From: Phoronis australis | Taxonomy: Eukaryota > Animalia > Phoronida | Direction: 5' to 3' | Assembly (NCBI GenBank): GCA_002633005.1 | Contig: NMRA01000008.1 | Location: forward strand, 1,259,080-1,323,079 | DNA length: 64,000 bases | Part shown: positions 50,019-62,936 of the stretch, in pieces | How positions within the stretch are numbered: the stretch's first letter is position 1 | Layout of the letters: each line of letters begins with the position of its first letter | Made by a program: the position numbers and the translations under genes | The notes under the pieces: generated by a model | Told to the model about the DNA's origin: nothing | What the model saw: only the letters and a program-made list of their open reading frames with translations | Database searches by the model: none

Positions 50019-51029
50019 GTAAGCCGGCATTCGTTAGAGAAATCACTGTCGACGAAATGTCGGCCACATACACGGAGATGTTTCACGGCCTCATACTTGC
50101 TATTAACTGCGTACTTTTCATTCTTCACTTCCGCGAGTCACTTCCTAAGCAATTCGGGTTCTCGAGGAAGTCGAAAAAACGATATACCCGCTTTCTTCGC
50201 AGCTCTATAGTTCTGGCAAGCGGGAACTATGCACCGCAACATAGACTCTATTCACGCGGCGGCCATTAAAATCCAAAGCGAGGCTCACTGCGATAAACAA
50301 AGCGGAAGTAGACATTGCGTGAGTTAAATAGCCGGTCTTTCGAGTCCAACCTGGATACTGAATTTTAATGATGTGTCGACAATTAACCACAGAGACGCAG
50401 AAAATTACATTAGAGAACAAGTTAAGACGCCAAAGAGTTGTCTGACGAAAAGGTTAAATTTTTTCGGAAAACTAGGTTCGAAACATGAAAAGTAAATATG
50501 ACCAAATTGCAGCAATCGTGGTGTTAAGGATTAGGTATTATGGTGAATGCAGGGTTACGTTTTTTCTTGTAAATTGTTGATCAAAATACTTTCTACGCGG
50601 ACCAGGTCATCTGCTCGTATTGTTGACGAGTTGCAGACATATTCGACAGTGGTGGCTGTCATGTGCAATTAGTCACATCTGGTTTAATTTGTTGATCAAG
50701 AATATTAACATCAAGCATAGGATGATCCTATGCACTCACTGGGACTAACAGTTGATTTGTCATTGATCTGAAAGAATAGTTGATGTTATTAAATACATTT
50801 TTTATTAAAATAATAAACCAGGCTCGTAATTGAAAATAAAAATGATTTGACCATCAATTCTGCTTTCATGGTTGTAATAATTCTTACGTCTATTTCATGT
50901 GTTAGATATCAATCTGGACCAAGTTGAATTTTAAATTAAAACACCTAATTCGTTCGTCCAAAACATAACCTCGTTTTAGAACTCAATTTCAGTTAACTGG
51001 ACAATGCAATCATAGTTATCATGTTTCTT

Positions 51030-51366
51030 CAGGAACCTCGTTCATCCGAGGGTAAAGGTGCCAGTGCGGCCTACTGAGAGGCGATTTTTTCGCCGAGTGA
51101 GAGCGGGAACAATCTACCTCCCGATCACCATCAATAGCACCCCCGCCCTGTTGCAAGCTCTCATAGGCTCTGTCTCAATTTAAAGTAGCCTTTTGTGCTC
51201 TTAAAAATTGTCACCTGTGTGGTTACAAATGACGTGAACTCAGAGAGATTTTTCACTAGGGGAATTTTTATACCTCGTGGGGGGGAATTTCGCGTGATAT
51301 TTCAATATTTTTGAGAGGGGAATAGGACCGATATTGGGCCCCAAATTTTAGGGAATGAGGGCCCTG
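51030..51366. mobile_element. MITE related to 2157-2393
   Basis: caggaacctcgtt ... aatgagggccctg ends and shared internal blocks. Confidence 0.5.
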
Positions 51367-51409
51367 TTCTTTTTGGAAAGAAGAATTATAATGTTCGTTC
51401 AACCCGTAG

Positions 51410-51715
51410 CAGGGGCGGATCCAGGATTTTGAGTTGGGGGGGGGCAGGGCACAGGAATAAGCAGCATTTCGGCAGATGCGCGCGCCCAGCCTAAAATCTG
51501 GAGATGCAGGGGTCTTGAATTCTTGGGTTTGCGGACGTGTTGACTAAAAAAAAAAACGGTAAACCGAGGGTTCATTCAGCGCCTATGCGTTGTTTATTCA
51601 CCCCCCAAAGACCCCCTGGTTGCGCTCGTGTGCTAGTCAGCAATTCGCACCCGAACTCAAAAATGGGATCTGATACAATTTTAGGGGGGGGGGGGGCACC
51701 CCCCTCCCCCAAATC
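51410..51715. mobile_element. CAGGGGCGGATCCAGGA-type MITE with an eroded right end and possible TSD CGTAG
   Basis: cgtag|caggggcggatccagga ... cccccaaatc|cgtag. Confidence 0.6.
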
Positions 51716-52950
51716 CGTAGTCATGAAAATACAGCCTGGCATTCTCCGTTCGTTACTACATGATGCTTGACAACTAGATGCGACAACATATGATCTACTC
51801 ATTTCGAAAACATTTATTTTACACGGACATATTTTGCTTCGTCACGGCGTATGGCAACGACCCAACGCTTCCGAATCTCACGTCTTTAGAGATTGTAAAG
51901 CAAACAGTTGCGTGTCCGAATTTTTTCAAGCCGTTCGCGGAACAATACGGACGGAAACACAGACTCCTATGCCGATAAGCTAACAGAGCTATCGTAGCGA
52001 GCCTCGTTTTGGAACGCGCCTCCTATCGGCGTGAATAGGGTCTATAGCGGCATTCACTCTGCAGACGTCGCTGCGTCGTTTCTCGCCTTCCTTACAGGTT
52101 AACACGACACCTCTCGGCAAAAAGGTAAGGTCGACCGTGTGAGAGGCGATGTGGACATAGACCGATTAAGACGGTAAAAAGACTAATTAAATCGGGTAGC
52201 ATTCTCTCTTAAGCATTGTACCTGCTTGGGCTTAAGCCAATGGACCGCGGATTGATTTTGTTTACTTCGATCACCGTATAGGGAAACAGTAACCAGAGAG
52301 GGGTTTCTCAGATTTCAACCAATGGGAATCACTGAATTCTATGACGTCGATTTCATTACTTTAACCAATGAGAACCCATTTTAAACAACATTCGAGAGTA
52401 GAGAGTGTAAAATGCGTATTGGATGAGATAAATTACTGTCGTGATAACGCGTCTGGTTATCGTACGAGTTTCAAAATAAAAAACGACCAATAAGTAAAGG
52501 CAATTGACCAACCTCACGGTTTTTTAAAATTGAAAAGTAAATAATAGCAGTCTTCGAATTTTTAAAAGCGGTGCATTATTAGAGAAATTAGGAATAGTTT
52601 TTCTTCATGAGCCATGCGCATTAATTAACTTTTACATGCGAAACTTCCGCTTTTAACCAAGTTTCGGTAAGTGGGAGAGGATAATTCCGTTAGTTAATCT
52701 GCAAGCGGTCATCGATATGGTCGCTAGAGATAAACATCGAAACGAAATAAATTTCAAGTCAGTGATATAGATTTTGCAACTTCCCTAAAAAGTCAAGTAT
52801 CGAATGAAAATCGATTCCAAGATTGTTAAAGCTATTCTATAGGTCCCCTAAAAAGCAAATGAGGGAAAGCCTCCTTGGACGCATGCATATGATCGCTAGC
52901 TAAAATCAGTAAATTGTATACAAGAAAAAAAAACCCCGGTTCAACTACTC

Positions 52951-52958
52951 TATATAAA
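52951..52958 (+). promoter_or_regulatory. TATA box of cytokine-like gene B
   Basis: TATATAAA 57 nt before the ATG, preceded by ccccggt as in the gene A promoter. Several CCAAT motifs lie at 52237-52491. Confidence 0.65.
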
Positions 52959-53007
52959 GAATTTGAACATGAATTCAAACCAAGTTAGCATTATATTTTA
53001 CTCAAGC

Positions 53008-53014
53008 ATGGAAG
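53008..53014 (+). CDS. Helical cytokine-like gene B, coding exon 1 (ATG GAA G)
   Basis: agcATGGAAG|gtaaga. The start of intron 1 aligns with that of gene A. Confidence 0.8.
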
Positions 53015-53822
53015 GTAAGAAGCGGTTGTGCGTAACGATAGATAAATAAGAAACATGGTCTCGATGCGGAGACAACTCTGAAGGCTTCATTTGGGTTCTG
53101 CCTTACGAAGTATTAAATTTGGTTACATCTTTCCAAGTAATACAGGTTCTAGGCTCTTTTGAATAGAAAAAGTTTTTATCTATGGAACCACGATTTGTTC
53201 TAAGTAAATCATAAAGTGTATTACAGGCGGAAAAAGTTATACCTTACCAAGTTATTCGTGAAACCTATTTTTGGTCTTCGGCTGTTCCTTTAGAGAACTC
53301 TATTAAAAACAGTAAAACTCCCGTTGCATTTTTTAATATGTTTAAGAATATGAAAATAGGTTTCATTTTTTCACTCATAATCGATAGGAACGACTCAACG
53401 GTAACGTCGCACGGTAATGGACGAACTTTGTATCGAACGAACGGGGCATAGTCACGAGCAACAATATTAACTGTCAGTTTCTTGAAAGACCAAAAGAACC
53501 TCTTCCCATCCCAGTAAGGAACAAGTTGAGCAAAGAATTGTAGCAGTTTTGTGACCTAAACCAAGAGTTAGTTTTTTGGCAGAACGCGGGTTTATCGTCA
53601 CCTAAATCTGGCGTACATAGCAAAGCATCATGCTAAACATTTATTGCTAGGTATGTAAGTGCATATGTTACATGTTTAGTTACAATTTGTTAATTACTTG
53701 AGAATATAATGCATTGCAAAGAAATGGTTTAGTTTATTTGCGAATACGTATGTCCAATTTCACGTTTTTTTTTCTTTCCACTAACTTTGAATCTCTCAGA
53801 AATTTCACGCTTGAATTTTTAG

Positions 53823-54097
53823 GAATCAAAAATTCATCGATCGTCCTGATCCTCCTTGGCCCGTTCATCATGGACATCTTGTCGGCGCCAGTCGACAGCA
53901 ACGAGACGCAGCAAGTCGTTGAGTCAACGCAGACGATAAACCGCAGATGTCATTGGTACAGACCATGCATTAGTGAGATAGAACAGGTACAAGCTAACAC
54001 GACACCAAGCGGACAACTCCTCAATGAAGCTTACCGAAACATGTCATTGAAGGCTTTTGGACTATCTATACAGTCACAAGATTTAAAGACATCCTAC
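53823..54097 (+). CDS. Cytokine-like gene B exon 2 (GIKNSSIVLILLGPFIMDILSAPVD...RRCHWYRPC...QSQDLKTSY)
   Basis: tag acceptor and gtaaga donor, with a signal-peptide-like N-terminus, paralogous to gene A. Confidence 0.9.
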
Positions 54098-55659
54098 GTA
54101 AGATTTTGAAACATTTATTTGGATGAGTTTTAATCCAATCAAATTGTAGTGTTGGCTACTTCAGTATCGTTGTGAAAATTTATTAATTTCACCTGCTAAA
54201 ACGCGTTTTTCAAACCAATGGGTAAGTCTTATTTCATAATTATCCCAGATGTATCAGCGTTTGGGATTTATTATCCTTAGCGGACGTTGATCGTTCCGCA
54301 GAAATCTTGGTGAGCATAATTAGTACAGTTATCAAGTAAAATGTTACGTCACACGTGAGAAGACGCACCATAACATCACCACGCGGCAGTAAAGGGTGTT
54401 TATTGGAGGCTGGTATTTGATGCAGGGAACCGTTCAAGTTCTGCTGTTGCCAAAACAGGAGTGCTGAATTGATTTTTGGATAACCTAATACACTGGTTAG
54501 AGAACCATACCGAGGGACAATTTATAGAGAAACCGGCGGATATAGCGTGTGGTGAAAAGAGTGTACGCACAACTTTGAAGCAAGTCTGACGGCCCGGGCA
54601 TGGTGATGAGTTTTGGTTTAGTCCCGAGGGGGCGCAACCTTTGACTTCCTGAATTTTTCAAAGACGAAGAGTTTGACCTGACTGTTACCGATGGACGGTA
54701 TAGGCCTAGAGCCGGTACAGTGTGTTCCTTCGCAGCGCTCACCTGTGGTGAAAATGGCGTTACAAATGTCAATTCTGCGCAAGAACTTGGAATCCTGCTT
54801 AATCTCAAGATCGCGTATGCGTGAACTTGGATTACACGAGGAAACTTGACAACTTCACTCAAATAATCACGTTCACGTTGATAAAAATTTGCACCGCACT
54901 AACTCAAATTACATATTAACAAATTAACGTAAATTTTAACCAATCTTTTTCTAACAATTCACAGTATACCTCCGATTCTGTGACACAAGTTACGCTAATG
55001 GAGGAAATGGATGATCATGAGGCCAACAATTACAAAACTCTTTACAATGACCAAAAAGTTCACCTGATTGCCCAAATGAATATTCAGTTCCAAGCTCACG
55101 CATTCACGATCTTGAGATTAAGCAGGATTCTAAGTTCTGTATTAGAATTTCGTTTCCGTTTTATACAACTTTATTTTTTTCGCAAAAACCACATAAGTTT
55201 CTTTTTTGATAGCTTCTCATGCAAAAATGAAACATTTAAAAAACAATTCTTAAAACATTTTGGGGAACTGTGTGTAAAGCATAGTAGCTGAAAGATTCAT
55301 AAGAATTTACCTGCCGTTTCTGAAATAAGATATTCCGGAGTTGGCCAAAATTGGAAATTTTTATGGGCCCTATGTGACTTTAACATTTTGACGAATCTGA
55401 CTGGTGCTGGCGGAAACGGGCAACTGTGGCCAAAAACGTGTCTCGAATACGGCATCAATAATGGACCTCCTACCGGTGGTGTCTGCAACTATTCCGCGCC
55501 ACTCTCAATTCTAGCCCGTTGTGTCTAAATCTTTGGGAACTGTCGATTGGCTGTTACATGCACCTTTGTGAGAACTTTCGCAGTGTGAACTGCCTTGGTG
55601 TGACAGGGTCCTTTGGCTTTTCATGATTATTGCACTGTTTATTCAATTATTATTGACAG

Positions 55660-55773
55660 ATCAAGACAGCAATTCATGACCCGGAGTTTGCGAGTCTGTT
55701 TGATGCATTTCACTTCAACAAATTTCCTGTCAATCAAGTCACAGACAGCGTAGTGGAATTCGCCATAGAACAC
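55660..55773 (+). CDS. Cytokine-like gene B exon 3 (114 nt)
   Basis: cag acceptor and gtaaga donor. Reads IKTAIHDPEFASLFDAFHFNKFPVNQVTDSVVEFAIEH. Confidence 0.9.
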
Positions 55774-56286
55774 GTAAGACAGATAACGACATTAGAATAT
55801 CTATAATGATATGTGTCACGTGATCAACAAGTGCGTATTTGCCCAAATATCTACAGAACAATGGATTTTAACTCAGTGAAAGATTTATATTTTCTGCAAC
55901 TAGAAAGCCTTTATTTTCTACTTTAAAGCTATAGTGTCATGTGACCATATTTTTATGTAGTATTTAGTAAAATTTAGCAAAAAGAATGGTTCGTTTATAG
56001 AAAAACAACACCATGGCAAAATTTTGATCGATAAAAATATTCAAGATGAAATCTAAAAAATGCTGTTGATGCATGTCTTGCCGCTGATCATGATGTTGTT
56101 AACACCATTGATAGCAATGCCCCTGGTATCAGTTATGACATGTCAAGCGGAGTAAACTCATGCAATGTTGCACTGTCTTCGCCGACAAAAATCATTAGTA
56201 CTTTGATAAACGTTAATTCAATCGTTTTAATAATTATCCGCCGTGGTACCTGACTTGTCCTTAAGTTTTGCACCGTTTTATTTCAG

Positions 56287-56476
56287 ACCGACACGTTCCT
56301 TGTTCAAACCTATCAAGAGATGGCAACCATTTCCGTCTATCTTAACAGAGTGCGACTGGAGAACAAGCACTGGTCAGTAGGTGGCAGCAGTATGTTCTAC
56401 ACTACCATCGACCAGATTTCTATTCAATATTGTGATTTGATGTGCAGCCTCAACATCCATATCAAGGCATTAAAAG
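56287..56476 (+). CDS. Cytokine-like gene B exon 4 (190 nt)
   Basis: cag acceptor and gtaaag donor, nearly identical to gene A exon 4. Confidence 0.9.
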
Positions 56477-56784
56477 GTAAAGACAAAACGCACACGCCCA
56501 CGCAGAGGCGCACGCAATCACCCGCAATCATTGGACTGTTTTTTTTCATGATGTCTTATAACGGCTAACCAAACACAAGTTTTTGGCATCACAAATTCCT
56601 TCTTTTCTCACCTCCATTCTCTCTCGACAAATCGCTCACTTCCCAACGTTTACCATGTTTTCTTCATTTGTACATGACTTTGGAGTGAGCTGAAAAGCAC
56701 TGATTGCACGATATCTGCACAATATAAGCATGTAATTCTGAAACCCGTTTGGAAACGAAATGCGCGAACATTTTTAAGTCTGGT

Positions 56785-56988
56785 CAGCACGCCACCTGTG
56801 GCCACATCACGTGAACTGAATATAAGTATGAAAAGATTTCTGCCCCAACCGGGAATCGAACACGGAACCTTCTACTCAGTGGATTAGAGCTTGACTACGG
56901 TTACAAGCGTTCGAGTCCCGCTTGAGGCAGAAGGCGTTTCAGACTTATATTCATTAGGTCACGTGATGTAGCCACAGGCGGTGTGCTG
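56785..56988. mobile_element. Palindromic element with tRNA-like T-arm/B-box in both arms, in intron 4 of gene B
   Basis: cagcacgccacctgtggccacatcacgtga...ctgccccaaccgggaatcgaac / gttcgagtcccgcttgaggcag...tcacgtgatgtagccacaggcggtgtgctg. Confidence 0.75.
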
Positions 56989-57485
56989 CACAAAGTAAAC
57001 TGTTACTCTGAGCTTGTCAATTGATTGCTGACAATGTATGAAGAATTGGTTTCGATGTAATTTTACTGTAAATGTGCACACTTAAGGCCATGCGTCTAAT
57101 TCCAAAATGCGTTTCTTTCACTCACGTTCTCCATGCAATAAGGCACACGAGCCTACTCTTTACTGTCTTGGGCACAGTCATCTACACACGTTACTAAATT
57201 TGTGTTTTCCCAGGGTTTTCGTCCATTCTTAGAATTCACCTATATCGCCCAGGAGAGTTACAATTGAAGTAATTGTTAACGTAATAGTATCTAACTTCCA
57301 CAGGAAAGGATCTTAAATCTGCATGCTTGATTTTGTGGGTGTATGACGCTCATGGTTCTTATACTTTTCTATGGACAAAGTATAAGTTTCAGATGATCAC
57401 GATTTCTGCCACTGTGTAGTTTAATGTTCACTAAGAGGTATAATCCTGTAACTTTTTTCCACTCATCATCGTTATCTTTTGGTAG

Positions 57486-57661
57486 GTCTCACAATACCAG
57501 AAGTGGTCAAAGAAGACGTGATAGACCGTCGTTACGCTAACATGGGCAACGAGTCCTACAAATACGTGCGTGACTTCATAATAATTCGGGATTACAGTCA
57601 CTACCTAAATTACTTGAGTAAACTAATGCTGGTGTTGGAAAATCTGTCTACGAACAACTAA
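57486..57661 (+). CDS. Cytokine-like gene B exon 5 (...YKYVRDFIIIRDYSHYLNYLSKLMLVLENLSTNN*)
   Basis: tag acceptor in frame. Total CDS is 762 nt (253 aa). Confidence 0.9.
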
Positions 57662-58187
57662 AGTGATAAAGCTGTTCCACGTACAACCCGCTCTACGTAG
57701 AGAGCCTCTTGTACAATTATTGTACCGTCTCACACACCGATTGGTTTATGAATTGCTCAAAAATGTATGCACATTTAAATCTTAGATAAATGAGTTTCAT
57801 GTCCTGAAATGGAGTAGAAGTAACTCGATGTATGTAGTAGTCAAAACGCAATGGCATAACCGCGCAGCACAATTCACGAATTCTTGTCTTGTTTTGTTTT
57901 ATTCATTGTTCCTCTTGAATTATCATTACTACTTGTTCATTGCTTTATGTAACGTTTTTCTACTGCTCTGTTTACTTGATATCTAGTTCGTACGACTTGA
58001 TGTTTCGCACGTACGACTGAATTATTGTTTTTCTCACGTACAAATACGCTTCTGTAATTTGTGACACGCAGTCAATTATTTGCCGTTGTAGAACTGCCAC
58101 TGGACTTGAGTTTTTGCTCTACATAACCTGTTGCTAACGTATTGAGTTTTCTGCATTGTTTTCAATGTCAATAGTGTTTGTATGGTT

Positions 58188-58216
58188 TTATTTATTTATT
58201 TATATTTTGATTTATT
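58188..58216 (+). promoter_or_regulatory. AU-rich element in the gene B 3' UTR
   Basis: TTATTTATTTATTTATA plus a further ATTTA. Confidence 0.65.
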
Positions 58217-58693
58217 TGTACTGTAAAACACTTTCTTTGTCCGGAATACGTTTTTAAATTTTTAATAGAGCAAGCTGAGTTTCTCACTAGATGAATTTAC
58301 ACACTAAATATTAGAAGGCTGAACTAGTAAATTGTTAGTGCTTTAAACTAACTTTCACGAGGCTTGGAATTTTCTTCTTTTAAGATAATTGTCTCTTTTT
58401 TGGTTTTGATTTCCTTTTATTTGATTTCTAGTTTCCTTTTTTGATTCTCTTTTTTATCATAAATTTGACTTTGCTAATGCAAAAACATTTATTTCACTTA
58501 AATTCTACAACACGAAAAATATTTGTATTACTCAAGCCTATTTATTTGTCGAATTATAAAAAACCTGGAAATTTTTCCTCTTTTTGTCATTCGTCATTCT
58601 AAGCCCTGCTTTCAATACAAAGTGTGTAGATTTATAACGTACCAGAATCGGTTTTAGAACGTTTTGTTCCTTTGTACTTCTTGACTGCGGTGG

Positions 58694-58699
58694 AATAAA
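58694..58699 (+). promoter_or_regulatory. Probable polyA signal of gene B
   Basis: AATAAA in a block conserved with gene A. Confidence 0.6.
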
Positions 58700-59990
58700 A
58701 TTTTATATAAACTGACTTTCATTTATACATAATCATAAATTGGTCTGAAAAACGATAAAATGATTTAGCAAATTGAAATAATCTACAACTTTTCAATGCG
58801 ATGTGGTAATATGTTTCATGTTAATCCTTCGTGTTTAAAAGGATATCCCACCCAGTCCATGAATCTCTTTGTTTTCTCAAACCATGCGTACTATTTATTA
58901 TCCCATGAAAATATGGCCATTGTATATGTGACGTATTCAACTGTGATATACGGGAAAGTAGAGCCAATCCGTATTAAACGGTAGAAGTCCGGTATTTCTC
59001 GGTTGGTGACTAGTGGTGGAGTAAGTTCGCGTGTACAACGCCAAATGTTATATCATTTGTGTTACCTAAATCATTAATTCAAGGCATCGTTTCTGAAAAA
59101 ATCAGTTTTACTGCTCTAAAAACAGAAAAGATTTACCGATGAAAATTCCGACGCACGGTGATCAGGCGGCTATTTTTCGGTCTCGTTCAAGTCTTAATTT
59201 GAGTAAATAGGTCAAACTGAGTAAGGTCACCAGCTAGTAAAATCTGCCAAAATCTAATTCAAATCCAACAAAAACGTTTCGTTATGGATGCATACAGTAT
59301 ATCTACCCTGGGATCTAAGGTCTTTACAGGAAATCAAGACCTAATAACTAGTATGTATTTTTTACTGAAGCAATTGTCTGCTCGCAGCGTACAACTCTCC
59401 GTCGCCGGCCGTGGCGTATAACTTCTGTTTTTTGCGATAGTCCTTAGGCCTACCTCAAGTTTTACAAATCAGCATAGTTTCCACCGTTATTTCCTAATGC
59501 TGTGATCAACACAGGGAAATGTTTCTATTGCTATGTACATTTCAGAAGCTAAGACACGAAAATAGACCAAGAAAACTAAGAAATTTATCGAAGCTGACAA
59601 CAAACTGTTGCAGGCAACTCAGTTCAGGGAATGTTTCAATTTTTATATTCCCGGATGGATTATTTCTAAGTTTCCGACAAACTTATGATATAATTGAATG
59701 CTTCAATGCTTTAACTTGTATACTTGACAGTGTAAAAATTCCGATGAATTTATTACAAAATAAAACTTTACTGGTTATTCAACACTTTCACAGATTCTCT
59801 TATAGCTTAACCAGTTTTGGTAACGTACTTGGCATACATATGACGTCATATAACAACAAGCCGGATCACACGGCAACAGGGTATTGCCACGATGATGCAA
59901 ATATATGGGATATAACACAATATTAGCCTCGAATGGCTAATACAACCGTGTAATAACCCATTTAGTTATCTCACTAGTGAGATAACATTT

Positions 59991-60070
59991 GGCGGGAACC
60001 GAGGCCAGTTTCGAACCCGGGCCGCAAGAGTTTCCAGTCGTCGACTTTACCACTACACCACTCAGCGGCT
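59991..60070 (-). mobile_element. tRNA-derived SINE head or tRNA pseudogene
   Basis: On the - strand: A-box TGGTGTAGTGG and B-box GGTTCGAAAC. The acceptor stem is not intact. Confidence 0.6.
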
Positions 60071-60349
60071 GACATCATCGAATGCGAAAACACGCGCAAC
60101 AATCGCATGTTCAACAAAGGGCATTGTACCGACATTTATAGGCTATGGAAACTAAGACGCATAATTTCCATAAAAACGATATTTTAATTCAGTGAAATTT
60201 TTCTCTCATTTCCACTCACTTGTAAATCCCCGATCTCCACTTATTTGAATGCGAGTATCGCGTCGTCGGGATCCTTTGACTTGAGCATTATACTCAGTTA
60301 CCAGTGGTAACATTCTTTAGCAGACGATACTTTCCAGGTCGAAGCTTGG

Positions 60350-60353
<4 letters not shown>

Positions 60354-60444
<91 letters not shown>
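60354..60444. repeat. (TA)n microsatellite
   Basis: About 45 dinucleotide units with two TG interruptions. Confidence 0.99.
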
Positions 60445-60445
<1 letters not shown>

Positions 60446-62866
60446 TAAGAGAACTATACAGATCCGGGGTATTTTTATATATGAGACCTTTACTGTGGGG
60501 TTGCAAAAAATTGTGGGGTATATATAATGCCCCACAATTTCAGACCTATCAGAAACTGTTATTTGGTATGTACAGTGCCTCCACGTGTATTCTATCAACA
60601 ACTTGGTTTCATCACAACATCATATATATAACTCTGTACAGTCACTCCCAAAAGATGTCACTGTTATTATGAGTGTCCTGCCACAGAGTGCCATATGTGA
60701 CCTACATTGGTATACTGTTATGTAATGGCCATGGAGGATATTAAGTTACTTGACCTAACACTGCAACAAGCGTCTGAGGTTTTGATTTTAGTGTTTAATA
60801 GAGTTGGGGTTGAACATCCGTTTTAGAGTTTGAGTTGAGACAAGTTTTACTTCGTTTTATCTGAAACAAGAATGTTTGTGTGGAAGATGGTACATCCCAG
60901 ATCTAAGTCTATGGTACATCTGAGATCTAAGGCTATGGTAAGTCTTTCAAATTCCTTAATAATTTGATTATTAAAGTAATTCAAATTCATGTATCACAGT
61001 GGTGATTATCATGGATGGCTAACATGCTTTTAATAGAGTCCTAGGAACTATTTCTAATGCAGAAGATGCGACCACATACTCGCATCTGTCCCTCCTAAAA
61101 ATATTTCAAAATCTAACGACCCTCTTAGTGTTATGAGCTGAATATTTAGTCTTTTTACTTTAAAAACTCCAGAGAGTTGTAGATTTCTATGCTTTATATC
61201 TCTGAGAAGAATTGCACTTCGTAAGATTTTCCAGATTCACTGCGAAATGGTGCCATTTTGAGAGAATTCCTTACAAATGTGTGTCCTTTCAGTACCGATT
61301 TTCCTACGAAAAAGGTCCATTTGTGGCCCTGAAACGTTACAAAAGTCCCTCTAAGATGGAACCCCTCGATCAAATAAACAAGCAATAACTGTACATATTA
61401 CAAATTCTAACAAGAAGTAAATACTGGAAAAGCAAATGTACATACTAGCATTTACACTGAAACACATCGTCAGTGAGGCAATTGAGTAAAATCTTTCATA
61501 GAACTTTCGAAGTAATTGATCCGGTTGGTCCTAAATGTCACTGAACCAAACACTTTTCTTTAAAAAATATTTTACACTTCAAACAAGCCTGGAAAATTAG
61601 TGACCAAAGTCATAGAAATGCTGTGATGTTTGCCTGTTCTTTAAATGTGCGTTTTTACTTAATGTAGCAACGAAACAGTGATTCGTACATGTTTTGACAT
61701 TGATTCAATGTGAGTGAACTAGTATCAACCTTGGATCATATTTAACTCTTAAATGAGCCCTTGGAAATCAGTGACTGAAAACCAAATCTCAAACTTGAAA
61801 TGGGAAAATGCAGGGTAAAATAATTTACTGAAGTTATTTTGTCTTCTAAGTTGCCAAAATATACAGGTTCTCAAATCTTTACTAACCAAGTGCCTAGAAT
61901 GTGTATGGTTTCTGTTGTCATTATAAAAAGAGGGCACATACACCAGACCAGACCTTGTGAAAAAATACTTAAAAATATCTTTGAATTCTCTTAGTAACTT
62001 TGATGTCTGTTTAAATGACTCAACAAGGGATGGAGTGGTCCAAAGGGTCTGTGGGTCGATTGCTCAATAGTCTGACAGTGCTGTAGTGGGGCGTAGGTGC
62101 ATGTAGGCGCAGCCAACTACCTTTTTGCTGTTCAACATAGCGCCTACCCACCGGGAGTTATGGTATACGTGGAACATACTTGCAGCCATCCACCTTCTTA
62201 CATTTTATCGTAGCAACCACCTTTTTAATTTAACGTACATGTAGCGTCTACGAGCTGTAAGAGACGGTATAGTGGGGCGAAGTCTTAATACGATAACTTA
62301 CGCCATCAATGCGCTACGCCGATGATAACATCATTGATGAACATTTTGGCGCGCGCAACCACCAGGCGTACATGATGCTCGCCGAGTAATGGAATTTTTA
62401 TTAATATTTCAAGATCAAGAAATAGTTATGGTGTCACGCANCCGCCACTGCAGACTCTATGCAAATACCTACTCATGAGTCAAAATATATGCCTACATGT
62501 TTGTGAGTCAGGTTTCGCGAGTTCAATGCACTTTTAAAATTCAGTGCTCAATGCAACACGAAGGACTTCGGATGCCTACTTACCTCTTGTTTTATCACTA
62601 CAGCACTGTAAGATTAAGGGGAATTTCATCTGTCGTTACCAACTCGGTAGTTTCCAAGAATATTTTGCAACATCAAACTAAGTGTTCGTATCTTGTTTAG
62701 GTTGTTTTTCATTGAATAACCACAGTTTCTCGAAAGAGAGCTTTGCCTGATTTACAGAGCTTTACGAAATTTTGAAAGATGGAGAAAATGGTGTGAACTG
62801 AAATCCTGAAGACATTTAACTCTGTAGATTACGGAATAACGTAAAAAAAGTATTAACAAGTTTTTT

Positions 62867-62936
62867 ATTCCGACTATTGACTCTTCGGACTATAGATCCT
62901 ATTGTTTTCGGACTAAAGACCCTTTGGACTATAGAC
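62867..62936. repeat. Degenerate tandem TTCGGACTATAGAC motifs (possible transposon subterminal repeats)
   Basis: Four imperfect copies of ttcggactatagac. Confidence 0.5.

Noticed and set aside
30939-57661. Genes A and B being two alleles assembled in tandem
   Set aside because: Exons 2 and 5, the promoters and most introns are far too diverged for alleles.
491-57661. Link to the human 5q31 cytokine cluster because TCERG1 lies at 5q32
   Set aside because: Those genes are megabases away and are short-chain cytokines. Nothing in this window supports orthology.
59991-60070. Functional tRNA gene
   Set aside because: A and B boxes are present, but the acceptor and anticodon stems do not pair properly, so it is treated as a SINE head.
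60294-60672. YIYIYI-rich ORFs
   Set aside because: Translations of the (TA)n microsatellite.
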